From a virus: a stretch of DNA of 64,000 nt. The stretch lies in the IMG/VR virus record IMGVR_UViG_3300038426_000075, positions 24,039-88,038 of that record; one strand, given 5' to 3'. Numbering within the stretch: the stretch's first letter is position 1; the number at the start of each line of letters is the position of its first letter. Made by a program: the position numbers and the translations under genes. This document shows positions 10,278 to 19,557 of this stretch, piece by piece. The notes beneath the pieces are model-generated. The model saw nothing but the letters and a program-made list of their open reading frames with translations, made no database searches and was not told the origin of the DNA.

Positions 10278-11152
10278 TACGACTGTTCCTCTGTCACCTT
10301 CTTTAAGTGAAGCCTTTGATAAGCAAAACTACCTTCTGGCCCCTGGTCGGGAATCTTTAAAGATGAATGCTCATAAGAAAAAGAGCCTTCAGTTACCGGA
10401 GGAGATTTCAGCTTCAAAAATTGATATCTAAAGTTCTCTGGAATTTTAGGTTTAGCTTGAAATACGTTAATTGAATCGATACGATGAAGATGTTGAAGCA
10501 TTTGGACAATAAGCTGGTAAATCTGACTGAGACTGACTGAACCTAAAGAATGACTGTGAATTAAATCCTCTACTATCAAAAGGAAGGAAAGGACAAGATT
10601 GACATTTTCTATTCCGTGGGCATGAGCCAAACTTTGAACCAAGAGATTATGAACCTGAGAAAGAATAACGCCATCTATAGCGTGTGAATGACTCATGGCC
10701 TGCACGATAAGTTGATGGATCTGTATCAACGTGGGAGTATCAATAGAATGAACATGAGAAAGGGCTTGGATTAATAATTGATGAATCTGTGTAAGCACCA
10801 CGTTGTCGATAGCATTGATGTGGGCTAAATTATTAACCAAAAGATTATGAATTTGAGAAATACTAACCTCGCCTAGGGCGTGTGAATGGGTCATGGCCTG
10901 GACAATAAGAAGATAGCTTTGAGATAAATCTACCGTCCCTAAAGAATGGGCATGCATCAAGGCCTGAACCACCAATAAAACGTTATAAATCATTTGGACA
11001 TTATCGATGGCGTGAGCATGGGCCAAATTATCAACCAGAAGGTGATGAACCTGTGTGAGCGCAACACCATCAATAACGTTGGCATGGGCTAAATTGTCCA
11101 CGGCCAACTGGAACTCTCCGCAAATAATAGGAACTATCCAATTTGGAAGCAT
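10277..11152 (-). CDS. His-repeat fibre-like protein (10 x 22-aa repeats)
   Basis: Repeat LxVxx[LM]xHxHx[IL]xxVx[LI]xQ; likely start at 11152 by TAATG coupling to upstream stop. Confidence 0.65.
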   Translation of the reverse strand: MLPNWIVPIICGEFQLAVDNLAHANVIDGVALTQVHHLLVDNLAHAHAIDNVQMIYNVLLVVQALMHAHSLGTVDLSQSYLLIVQAMTHSHALGEVSISQIHNLLVNNLAHINAIDNVVLTQIHQLLIQALSHVHSIDTPTLIQIHQLIVQAMSHSHAIDGVILSQVHNLLVQSLAHAHGIENVNLVLSFLLIVEDLIHSHSLGSVSLSQIYQLIVQMLQHLHRIDSINVFQAKPKIPENFRYQFLKLKSPPVTEGSFSYEHSSLKIPDQGPEGSFAYQRLHLKKVTEEQS

Positions 11153-11637
11153 TAAATTGGCTCCACGTATATCGTAACGGTTCCAGAAGAAATACTTTGT
11201 ACCAAAGGCCAGACCCAATTGGCCTTGCCGCAGTCAAAAATGTATCGGGCCGAATAGTATCGGGTTCCGTCTGTAAGTGCTGCATCTCCTATAAATGTGA
11301 TAGACTCCGTTAATCCAATAGCAACGGGCGTTCCTGCGGCATCGTGCATGATCAGGCAAATCTTTGCGTTTGCCGAGGCTACGGAAAATGTTGCATAGAC
11401 CTCAACTAAACTTGAATTTCCGAGAGCCTTTGCCGAAGCATTCTTGGTATGAACGTCTCCAGTATCTGCCGAAGCAACAGCGGATCGGAGAGCAGCTCCA
11501 TAATTGGCCTTCTTGCTTACCATGTATCCAGCGGGAGAGATATTGGCAGTCGATGATACCTGATTATTTTGGATTGCCAAAATATCCACCCCTGTATCAG
11601 CGGCTAATGTGTGAAGGACTTCGTCCCCTACTGCCAT
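11152..11637 (-). CDS. Hypothetical tail-region structural protein
   Basis: 161 aa beta-rich ORF with GGAGG RBS. Confidence 0.55.
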   Translation of the reverse strand: MAVGDEVLHTLAADTGVDILAIQNNQVSSTANISPAGYMVSKKANYGAALRSAVASADTGDVHTKNASAKALGNSSLVEVYATFSVASANAKICLIMHDAAGTPVAIGLTESITFIGDAALTDGTRYYSARYIFDCGKANWVWPLVQSISSGTVTIYVEPI

Positions 11638-11639
11638 AA

Positions 11640-13463
11640 CTACCTCCTTCTTCCGTAAGCATGAAGAGGTTCAGGCCTTACCATGACTCCTCTCCGTGTC
11701 ATTGCTGAAATATTTGGATAGTGAATCAGCTTAAAATTTTCGGATGAATACTTATCGTTACCTGCGCCGAGACCCAATGGGAGTGATTTCGTAGGGTCCC
11801 ATGATGCACTCAATGCTGCTCCAGGCTTATAGGCCCAACTTCCGGTATACTCCCATCGTGCAGCAAATTCTGTTTGTAATAATGCAGGAAAGTAGGAAGT
11901 GACATAAGCCACATTATCTTGTACGCTTCCACTAGAAACAGAGCCAGCGAGAAGGTTATTGACCGTTGGAGTCGTATAGGCGTTTGCCGTAGGATACACC
12001 AGATTGATATGCGTTCCGTCAGGAATAGATAAAATCCTGTTTATCTCTCTATGGCCTCCATCTCCTATCCACACTATTTCCCATTGAACAAACGGAGCAC
12101 TGCTTGTTACCGGAATTGATGTTACTCCGGCGGAAACGCTACTCGCCGCAGTCGTCTTGGTTGCGTCTCTTGCGAAGATTGGATTCCCCGGATCTGCCAC
12201 AAAATTAGTCCAGTCTCTACTTCTCCATATTCCCTGTTGATACTGACTCGAATGATAGCCCTGGACATACAGAATAATCTCGCCCCTTTGGTAAAAAATA
12301 TCAGTAGGTAGTATCGTACTATCATTCCACGACCCGCCTGCTCCTACCAAAATAATCGGATTATTTGGATCAGCAACCCAAGGACCACCAACATACCCCG
12401 ATGTAAAATGTCCAATTTGCCATACCGATGAGACGTTGACCCCTCCAACGTACATGTGCCATTTTCTTGAGGCCAAATCATAGGCAATGACAGGAAATCC
12501 ATGTCCGCCAACATCCCAAGTCCCAGCATCCCCGACAGTGTCCATATACCCTACATCCGTGAAGGTAGCCCCAAGATCATTTGAATAAGCAAGCCGAATT
12601 CTATACTTTGCATCAGTATTTCGGTAAGCTGTGTAAAAAAGATAAATCTTCCCATCGAACCAAATAGGATTCGGGGCATATACCGAATTTTCTCCACTCA
12701 ACGCAGCAATCGAAGCATTATATCCATCCCATCGGTGAAATTTTATTCCGCTATCATACGACAATGCTCGAAAAATGGACTGGGTTCCAGATACCTGACC
12801 ATTGTAGAAGGCAATCATCACTGGATCATTGGAGAATTGGCAAAAGTCGGTCTTCATCGAGGTAATGTAATAATAATCCGTCCATGGCTCCCCCCAATAT
12901 AGATAAAGGGTTGTGAAGGCTTTCATGGCCGAAAACGCAATGGGGGATGTCTCTAAAACAGACATGGTATCCCCATTTTTTCTTATTGAAATCCTCCAAG
13001 ATCCCCCCTTAACGATAAGAGAAATATCTAACCAATAAGCTTGGCCTATGGCAAAACCGGAAATACCAGTTGTCCAATTACTTCCGTTCCAGTAATATAC
13101 TGTTCCAGTCGTTACTTGTTTATATTCTATGTAAACCAAACCCGAACTCTGAACATAATAAACCTGAAGCACCGTTTTTGCGTATTGAGCGGCAAAGGTG
13201 TCGCATGCCGGAATTCCATCTGAAAGGCAAAGCAAATGGACATAACCACTAACGGTACCGTCCATTAAATGCCGCATCGTATAAACAAAATCCTTCGTCG
13301 TGTCGATAGCAGCCTTGACATAAACCAGTGCCCCGTTAGCTGCGGCAGCGCCCATTGTAATATTGCACGACCCACCCGAATTGGAGACAGCTCCATCTCC
13401 GGCAACGGATGTCCCAAAGACGCTGGTATCGAGTGCGCTATCAAAATTATCAAGCCAGCTCAT
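11640..13463 (-). CDS. Putative tailspike/receptor-binding protein with 5-bladed beta-propeller glycoside hydrolase-like domain (GH32/43/130 type)
   Basis: Blade motifs VYAPNPIWFDGKIYLFYTA, WDVGGHGFPVI...WHMYVGG, PNNPII...SWND, DPGNPIF. Confidence 0.6.
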   Translation of the reverse strand: MSWLDNFDSALDTSVFGTSVAGDGAVSNSGGSCNITMGAAAANGALVYVKAAIDTTKDFVYTMRHLMDGTVSGYVHLLCLSDGIPACDTFAAQYAKTVLQVYYVQSSGLVYIEYKQVTTGTVYYWNGSNWTTGISGFAIGQAYWLDISLIVKGGSWRISIRKNGDTMSVLETSPIAFSAMKAFTTLYLYWGEPWTDYYYITSMKTDFCQFSNDPVMIAFYNGQVSGTQSIFRALSYDSGIKFHRWDGYNASIAALSGENSVYAPNPIWFDGKIYLFYTAYRNTDAKYRIRLAYSNDLGATFTDVGYMDTVGDAGTWDVGGHGFPVIAYDLASRKWHMYVGGVNVSSVWQIGHFTSGYVGGPWVADPNNPIILVGAGGSWNDSTILPTDIFYQRGEIILYVQGYHSSQYQQGIWRSRDWTNFVADPGNPIFARDATKTTAASSVSAGVTSIPVTSSAPFVQWEIVWIGDGGHREINRILSIPDGTHINLVYPTANAYTTPTVNNLLAGSVSSGSVQDNVAYVTSYFPALLQTEFAARWEYTGSWAYKPGAALSASWDPTKSLPLGLGAGNDKYSSENFKLIHYPNISAMTRRGVMVRPEPLHAYGRRR

Positions 13464-13816
13464 GTCGGGTCCGCTATTTCCTCTTTAAAAGCCGGAATGG
13501 TCACGGTATTCCCTGCCGTCAAAACCTGAGACGTGCATGTCGTTGTAAGTTTGATTACACCGCCCAAACTTAAAACAATGTGCAGAGCAGTTCCGCTCCC
13601 CGTCACAGATACGCCAGCCTTTTGTGCCGTTGTTATTTTGCGCCCAGATGAATCCCCTTCTGCGATTGCATAATCCCCAGGGGCCATCGCAACATTTGCG
13701 AGGGTATTAGTTAAGTCGGTTGGAGTGGTCACGTCGCTAGTCACATCCATACGAGTACAGGCCTGGACTACGCCAAGGGCTGCATCCAATACGGCATCTG
13801 CCACTGATTTACCCAT
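13460..13816 (-). CDS. Small tail-associated structural protein
   Basis: MGKSVADAVLDAAL... start with GGAGG RBS; Thr/Gly-rich beta protein. Confidence 0.55.
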   Translation of the reverse strand: MGKSVADAVLDAALGVVQACTRMDVTSDVTTPTDLTNTLANVAMAPGDYAIAEGDSSGRKITTAQKAGVSVTGSGTALHIVLSLGGVIKLTTTCTSQVLTAGNTVTIPAFKEEIADPT

Positions 13817-13922
13817 TGTCTTCCTCCTCCATAATTTTGATTCCATGACTAATGATCACGTCCTGGACTTCGAGCACGATCTCTTTCTTTTCCTCTTTCT
13901 TTTCTTCTTTAATTTCTTCCAT
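13809..13922 (-). CDS. 37-aa micro-protein
   Basis: MEEIKEEKKEEKKEIVLEVQDVIISHGIKIMEEEDNG with GGAGG RBS; fills the intergenic gap. Confidence 0.5.
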   Translation of the reverse strand: MEEIKEEKKEEKKEIVLEVQDVIISHGIKIMEEEDNG

Positions 13923-13934
13923 CTTAATTACCTC

Positions 13935-14864
13935 CTATCGCTTTCTATGTGTTATCGGATCAACCATTGCCCTGAATGATTCCAGGTCAAAGTCGGCTCC
14001 ATCAAGGTTTCTTATCACGAAGGACATAAATCTGTTCTTCAATCCCCGTGGAAATTTGACCCTTTCTTCCCCGGAAAAAGTCCCATTTGTATTCAGGACC
14101 CTTGTTATCGGATCTATCCTTCCCTCATCAAGGATAAGTTGTATGGAAATTGGCCCCCCTCTTTTTACGATCCATCCTTCTCGAAGTCGCTTTATGACAT
14201 CCCTCCACAAATCCTCAGTCCCAGTTTGGATTGCGCTATCAATCCTGACCCCGGCATCATCATCTCCATCCAAAAGAAAAACCCCTTGCTCGGAAGCCCC
14301 AATGTAAATACCGAGTCCATGGTAATCGCAGAATGAGTTGAATGGATAATTGCTGTACTCAGTCGTTCCAAAATGGCTCAGATTTACAGCGAATCCCTTT
14401 CGAATCGGAACGAATGCCGGCAGCACTCTGATCTCAAGCCATGGGTCAATAAATGGGATATCTAAGGCAAAGGCCAACTGGTTTTGATGGCCAATGGTAA
14501 GAACAAGCCCCAATGCGGGAATTTCAATTGCTCCACTAAGTACCCCACCGGATATCAAGGTTCCAGATAATTGAAGGGCAGGGATTCGGAGTGCGGCATC
14601 AATCTCATTACGAGGAGCAATCCTAAGAGAAAGTTCTACTGCCGGCATGGGGAGAGAAGCAGATAGCTTCCCCCCGCTTTTGATGGTTGCAGAGACCTCC
14701 AGGGCAGGGACTTCAAGTGGAAAGTCGAGTACCGCCCCCTGAGAGATGCTGGCACTCAGTTCGAGAGCAGGGATCCCTAAGCTGGCCGAGAGTGTACCCG
14801 CACTGATAACAAGCTCGGTCTCCAGGACAGGGATCTCAAGTGCAAACCACAGGTTATTTGACAT
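13935..14864 (-). CDS. Tail-associated protein with LxIPALxL repeats
   Basis: N-half repeats (LEIPVLE, LGIPALE, LEVPALE, LRIPALQ); C-terminal beta domain. Confidence 0.55.
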   Translation of the reverse strand: MSNNLWFALEIPVLETELVISAGTLSASLGIPALELSASISQGAVLDFPLEVPALEVSATIKSGGKLSASLPMPAVELSLRIAPRNEIDAALRIPALQLSGTLISGGVLSGAIEIPALGLVLTIGHQNQLAFALDIPFIDPWLEIRVLPAFVPIRKGFAVNLSHFGTTEYSNYPFNSFCDYHGLGIYIGASEQGVFLLDGDDDAGVRIDSAIQTGTEDLWRDVIKRLREGWIVKRGGPISIQLILDEGRIDPITRVLNTNGTFSGEERVKFPRGLKNRFMSFVIRNLDGADFDLESFRAMVDPITHRKR

Positions 14865-14873
14865 TTACCCACC

Positions 14874-15668
14874 TTATGTCTTGGAAGTGGGCAGCGTCAA
14901 AGAAAATGAAAGAACGACTGAAACGGCCGCAGCGGTAATCGATGCCGGATCAATTGTTGCGTCTCCACCCACAGCAGCAAGCGTCCCCTGAACCCGTTTA
15001 AAAACATAGGTGGAATCAAGAGCTCCAACATCGTCTGGCGTACATAAGGTGAAGTATCCCGCGACGCCAGAGGCCAGATTGCTCAAGCATTCCCAAGTAT
15101 CTCCGGCTGGTTTTGAAATTACGCCCGCAACCGGTGGACCGAATTGGAGGGTATTAACTCTGGCTACCGAAGTCTTTGCCGTATAGGTAACTGCCTGATC
15201 TCCCGCCCCCCCCGAATTATCCAGGGTAAGTGCTAAACCTGCTATCCTGTTTTGCACCCAAATAGCAGGTGTAGTCGGATCGCAAATAGCTTGGAGCTGA
15301 GGAATATCATTTAACATTCTGGCGACGTGGAGGTTAATCAAGGTTTCATTTCCGGTATCTGCTGCCGGGATTATATAGGTGTAAGTTGTCGCTACCCCCT
15401 CCACCGTTACGGTGACTTTGACTGTCTTCCCTGTAGTTCCACCCGCCGCAATTGTCAGCAAATAGGATCTCGCCGTTGATCGATCCGTTGTGGCAACGGC
15501 ACCCCCAGAGAGGGTGTACCTTGCCAATTTTGTTCCGATCCGTGCATCCTCGGGATTGGTAGGCGGATTCCCGTCATACACATCGAGCACGAAGTCCTCG
15601 AGGTCTTCCCTTACTCCCCTCCCTCCCATGATTGAATTCAACAAAGCCTGCGAATATTTTACTGTCAT
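14874..15668 (-). CDS. Tail-associated structural protein
   Basis: 264 aa Thr/Gly/Ala-rich; position in tail module. Confidence 0.5.
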   Translation of the reverse strand: MTVKYSQALLNSIMGGRGVREDLEDFVLDVYDGNPPTNPEDARIGTKLARYTLSGGAVATTDRSTARSYLLTIAAGGTTGKTVKVTVTVEGVATTYTYIIPAADTGNETLINLHVARMLNDIPQLQAICDPTTPAIWVQNRIAGLALTLDNSGGAGDQAVTYTAKTSVARVNTLQFGPPVAGVISKPAGDTWECLSNLASGVAGYFTLCTPDDVGALDSTYVFKRVQGTLAAVGGDATIDPASITAAAVSVVLSFSLTLPTSKT

Positions 15669-15681
15669 CTGTGTCCTCCTT

Positions 15682-15695
15682 TACGCAAATGCGTA
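15682..15695. promoter_or_regulatory. 14-bp palindromic operator-like site TACGCAAATGCGTA
   Basis: Perfect 6-2-6 inverted repeat, intergenic, recurs across the window. Confidence 0.7.
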
Positions 15696-15696
15696 T

Positions 15697-16698
15697 TTAA
15701 GCTGTGGTTATATGCCCACTAACCTCTATTGCCGGAATTCCTAATGCTGCCTCAATCCCACCATAGCCGGGCATTAGATCGTAGGTTCCCAGAAACTGCC
15801 GAATCTTTACCTGATTCTTAAGGATCCGGTAAAGAACTATCACTCTTCCTCTTGCCGCTCCATCTATCCAGAAATGGTCTGCCGTAACTCTATTGACCTG
15901 CCCACCCGGAAGTCCCATGTAGCAACCGTCTTGCGTAGCCCAGAGCACGATCTTCTCTGTCCGTCCACCGATAAGGGCCGTTCCGGATGTCTGGTGTACG
16001 ATTGAGATTGCCGTTCCCTCGATGGCCGGAAAATCGCATACATCGGTATAATTGAATTTAGGCGGATCTCCCGCACCTCCCCCAAGGAATCCGCACTTCT
16101 TGGTATCACTCACATAAAGGCCATCTTTAACCGCCTTCAACATCCTTCCCCTTCCTACGAACGAGACGAAATTATGCCTTGTATCTCTGACCCATGGCTC
16201 CGTGGCATCTGAATAGAGGAGAAGACCGTTCTGAAACACCCAGAGGCGGGAGTCCCAATACTCCATCAGGTGCCCAGCCACCATTCTGGCTTTGAATTCC
16301 TGGTCAACTTCTGGAATACCATGAGCCACATGTTCTCTGATGTATCCAAATTTCTCGACGTTCGAGAAAAATACCATGTCCCCAACGTCCTGAAAAATCA
16401 TCTCAATATCACCCACATTTGAAAGAATGGTAGTGTAGGTGAAGGTCATGGTGTTAAAATTTAGAGTCGCTTCTTTAAGATCTCCCGCCTGCACACAAAG
16501 GGTAATGTCGGCATTGGACCACATACTGTGGGTGCTCTCATCATCAAGTAACGTCCTTCCTCTCCGTCGATGGAGTTTCTTGTCATTATCGGAATCGATG
16601 TTCATGGCATACGGCACATAGCCAGCCGGGATCCTGGTTGGATCCCGCTTCTTCGAAACACCCACAATGTTTTTATATTCAAAATTTGGCTGAGGCAT
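15697..16698 (-). CDS. Putative tail nozzle/packaged-DNA stabilisation protein
   Basis: Beta-propeller-like sequence immediately after the adaptor gene. Confidence 0.45.
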   Translation of the reverse strand: MPQPNFEYKNIVGVSKKRDPTRIPAGYVPYAMNIDSDNDKKLHRRRGRTLLDDESTHSMWSNADITLCVQAGDLKEATLNFNTMTFTYTTILSNVGDIEMIFQDVGDMVFFSNVEKFGYIREHVAHGIPEVDQEFKARMVAGHLMEYWDSRLWVFQNGLLLYSDATEPWVRDTRHNFVSFVGRGRMLKAVKDGLYVSDTKKCGFLGGGAGDPPKFNYTDVCDFPAIEGTAISIVHQTSGTALIGGRTEKIVLWATQDGCYMGLPGGQVNRVTADHFWIDGAARGRVIVLYRILKNQVKIRQFLGTYDLMPGYGGIEAALGIPAIEVSGHITTA

Positions 16699-16707
16699 CG
16701 TCTATCC

Positions 16708-17685
16708 CTAATAACTCTTCCAGATTCCAGATCTACCGGACCTGACTTGTCTTTCCGATCGATCCAAGAAGATCAGGTCTTTCTTGACCTTCGCCTTTAA
16801 AATCTCAAAACGTTTACCATTTTTATCCGATGATGCCGGATCAAGGGTCTGTGTATCTTCTTTTAGGAAAGCCTCCCTGCCTATTCCATAGATCAATTCC
16901 CGGTGATACATTGCCTTGATTTCCGGGGCCACCGGAGGATTCGCAGTGATATCAGCAGTGGTGAATGGAGCCAGGGGTAAGCGATTGACCACCGTAATAA
17001 GGGTGTTACAGACCTTCCGAAGCGTAGCACTCGTCAGGAATTCATCGGACAAAGCTTGGTTGACGGTGATCTCGGATGCGGTGAGCGAAGCGACCGTTAC
17101 ATAACCATTGTTTTTGACCGTCCCGGAAATATTGATCTCATCCCCTACGTCATAGTGGGTCGTGAAGTTCCATGGATTTCCGTCTTCATCCACTCCAGTT
17201 ATTGAAATCTGACTCGTTGCTGCCGTAAATGAAATGCTCGAAACCCCTACTACCTCTCCCTTTCTGTGGTATTTTGGATATATATAAAAATAGCCCTTTC
17301 CACATTCTGGAATGTACCGCCGAGGACCATGCCATTCCCCTTCGTGATGATGCTCTTCCCTCCAATTCCTGTGCCATTGGTCCATATAGGCCTCGGAGGT
17401 TCTTATGAGGGTTCGGGGATGACCTGGATGATGATGTAAGAGATAGGCACCTTCTTTGATGTTGAGCACTAGGTCATCCGTGGTATATAGACCCATGTTA
17501 CTAAGTAACTTATACTGAGTAAGAGAAACTGTAGATCGATCCTCCACAAGTAATGTTTCTCTGTATAACTCTTCGGTAATAATATTCAGATAATGGATAA
17601 TCTCATCGTTTCCCCACAAAAAGGGCTCAATTGTATCGTCAAGGACCGTGCTTCGCGTGAGGTTAATTATTTCACCGACATTCAT
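16708..17685 (-). CDS. Putative head-tail adaptor protein
   Basis: Starts MNVGEIINLTRSTVLDD...LWGNDEIIHYLN, typical adaptor N-terminus; C-terminal PEIKAMYHRELIYGI; His-rich insert; ATG at 17685 with GGGGA RBS. Confidence 0.65.
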   Translation of the reverse strand: MNVGEIINLTRSTVLDDTIEPFLWGNDEIIHYLNIITEELYRETLLVEDRSTVSLTQYKLLSNMGLYTTDDLVLNIKEGAYLLHHHPGHPRTLIRTSEAYMDQWHRNWREEHHHEGEWHGPRRYIPECGKGYFYIYPKYHRKGEVVGVSSISFTAATSQISITGVDEDGNPWNFTTHYDVGDEINISGTVKNNGYVTVASLTASEITVNQALSDEFLTSATLRKVCNTLITVVNRLPLAPFTTADITANPPVAPEIKAMYHRELIYGIGREAFLKEDTQTLDPASSDKNGKRFEILKAKVKKDLIFLDRSERQVRSGRSGIWKSY

Positions 17686-17696
17686 GACTTTTCCCC

Positions 17697-17725
17697 TTGA
17701 CAAACATATTACGCGATTGCATACT
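17697..17725 (+). promoter_or_regulatory. Sigma70-type promoter of the antisense HNH gene, overlapped by a degenerate operator
   Basis: TTGACA-17 nt-CATACT; TACGCGATTGCATA at 17710-17723. Confidence 0.6.
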
Positions 17726-17740
17726 AAGAGAAAAACCAAA

Positions 17741-18337
17741 ATGCTTAAGCCTCCGAACTGGACAGAAGCTGAGAAAGAAATCCTTCGTAGATATTTCCCT
17801 ACGGAATCCAAAGAATATCTTTCTTCCATACTTCATAGAAACTTCGCGGCTATCGAGCGAAAAGCCAACTATTTGGGCATCAGAAGGTATCACCCTGAGA
17901 GCAGATTTGATAGTTTTTGGACTCCTGAACCCAATACTGGCTGCCGGCTGTGGACGGGGTCTGTAAATAGAAAAGGATATGGGCAAATTAGCAATCAAAG
18001 ACCTGTTCTTGCTCATCGAGTATCGTGGGAACTGTATATAGGTCCTATTCCAAATGGTCTTTGCGTACTTCATAAATGTGACATCCCCTCTTGCGTAAAC
18101 CATCGCCATCTTTTTCTTGGCACCCAACAGGATAACTCGGATGATTGTTGCAAGAAAAAGAGACAACTCTTTGGGGAACAAAAACCTGGGGCAAAACTGT
18201 CCGATGCCGCCGTAATAGCTATCAGACAGGATTCGAGAACTCAAAGAGAGATAGCTAAATCCTTTGGCGTATCCCAAAGTGCAATCGCTCAATCTAAAAT
18301 TGGAAAAACTTGGAAACATGTCACTAACCCTTCCTAA
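17741..18337 (+). CDS. HNH homing endonuclease (antisense to operon)
   Basis: EPNTGCRLWTG...GYGQI...AHRVSW...VLHKCDIPSCVNHRHLFLGTQQDN plus C-terminal HTH. Confidence 0.9.
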   Translation: MLKPPNWTEAEKEILRRYFPTESKEYLSSILHRNFAAIERKANYLGIRRYHPESRFDSFWTPEPNTGCRLWTGSVNRKGYGQISNQRPVLAHRVSWELYIGPIPNGLCVLHKCDIPSCVNHRHLFLGTQQDNSDDCCKKKRQLFGEQKPGAKLSDAAVIAIRQDSRTQREIAKSFGVSQSAIAQSKIGKTWKHVTNPS

Positions 18338-18685
18338 CTATTTCAGTTCGCCTTTTTTGGCCTTCTCGATAGAACCAATGAGGCTATCGTTTTTCTTAGG
18401 AGATTTGGTCTGGACTCCGACCTTCTGAAGTTGGACTTCGACACTAAACTGATTCTTGTCTCCCTGTCTGTCCACCTTTCTGACCTCCATCACTTCACCA
18501 ATCCCAGAAATATCGACCTTCTCACCTATCTTGACCTTTTCCATCTGTGGAAATTTACCAATCAGATCGGTATTAAAGTTAAGCCTAAACCCATAAGGAT
18601 ATTTCTCATCCAAAAGACTGGGTTGACTGTCTTTCTTCAATTCTGCCTTGCTCTTCTTAGGGATTTTAAGATCAATTAAATTCAC
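18338..18685 (-). CDS. Small capsid-associated protein
   Basis: YPYGFRLNF...KVKIGEKV...SVEVQLQKV pattern seen in podophage head accessory proteins. Confidence 0.45.
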   Translation of the reverse strand: MNLIDLKIPKKSKAELKKDSQPSLLDEKYPYGFRLNFNTDLIGKFPQMEKVKIGEKVDISGIGEVMEVRKVDRQGDKNQFSVEVQLQKVGVQTKSPKKNDSLIGSIEKAKKGELK

Positions 18686-18700
18686 GTTATTCGCCTCCTT

Positions 18701-18856
18701 TCAATCCTCGTTCTCGAATGTATAGCCGCAAAAAGGGCAGCGGCCGTGGAATGTTTCATCCGGCAAAAAGATCTGTCCGCACTTTCTGCAATGGATCACA
18801 TAACTATTCCCCGGGTTGGGATCAATAGACCCTTCGCTTACGGTTTGATCAGCCAT
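18701..18856 (-). CDS. Small zinc-ribbon protein (51 aa)
   Basis: HCRKC...RCPFCG; GGAGG RBS. Confidence 0.55.
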   Translation of the reverse strand: MADQTVSEGSIDPNPGNSYVIHCRKCGQIFLPDETFHGRCPFCGYTFENED

Positions 18857-18978
18857 ACCTAATCCTCCTTAACGTGCCCACAGACCTTACACACCTTAAA
18901 GATTCTCCGGCCCTTCTTCACCTTTCTCCAACTGCATTCTCCACAGGATGGGCATTTATCTGAAGATTTTATAGTCCC

Positions 18979-19479
18979 TTACCCCATAATCCCCATCTGC
19001 GAGAGAACACTTGGTTCCTTCTCCGTTTTAGGTCTCCCGGTGCGTTTCGACGCCTTGTTATCCTTCGGCTGCTCGGCCTTTCCGGTTACCGCCTCAGTCT
19101 TCTCAACTGGCTCGGGCGCCTCATCTTCCATCGCCTCGGCTTGCGCCTGCAGGGACCTGATTTCGGCCAGCAATTCTGCCTTGGTCATCTTCTTGCCGGC
19201 AGCCGGTGGTGCTGGATGATCGGGGGGCAATACTTCTTCCTCGAACTCCGGCCCTCCGAATCTCTGATCCCACCATGCGAGAGCCTTTTGCCTCTGTGGA
19301 TCGGGCAGAGATTCCAAGAGGGATTTGTCTTTTACAGGTTCCCCATTGGGAAGGATGTAATTTCCATCCATCGTCTCAAAGAAATTTCCCTGTTCTGTCG
19401 TAAAATTATGGCGCGTATAGACCTCCACTCCGTTCAAAACCTTTCTCGATCCTTCCGGTACTGTTTGGTTCGGTAACAT
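18979..19479 (-). CDS. Hypothetical protein
   Basis: 166 aa, AAGGAG RBS. Confidence 0.6.
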   Translation of the reverse strand: MLPNQTVPEGSRKVLNGVEVYTRHNFTTEQGNFFETMDGNYILPNGEPVKDKSLLESLPDPQRQKALAWWDQRFGGPEFEEEVLPPDHPAPPAAGKKMTKAELLAEIRSLQAQAEAMEDEAPEPVEKTEAVTGKAEQPKDNKASKRTGRPKTEKEPSVLSQMGIMG

Positions 19480-19507
19480 AAAGACTCTCCTTTCTGTTTT
19501 GATTTTG

Positions 19508-19535
19508 AAAAAGGTGGGGGCCCGAAGCCCCCACC
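19508..19535 (-). terminator. Intrinsic terminator
   Basis: Minus strand GGTGGGGGCTTCGGGCCCCCACC-TTTTT after the 329-aa gene. Confidence 0.75.
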
Positions 19536-19557
19536 CTGAAAGTTAAACGTTAAAAGG

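Noticed and set aside
17672-18319. 215-aa minus-strand ORF and the upstream extension of the adaptor ORF to 17829
   Set aside because: Shadow of the plus-strand HNH; the adaptor has a better start at 17685
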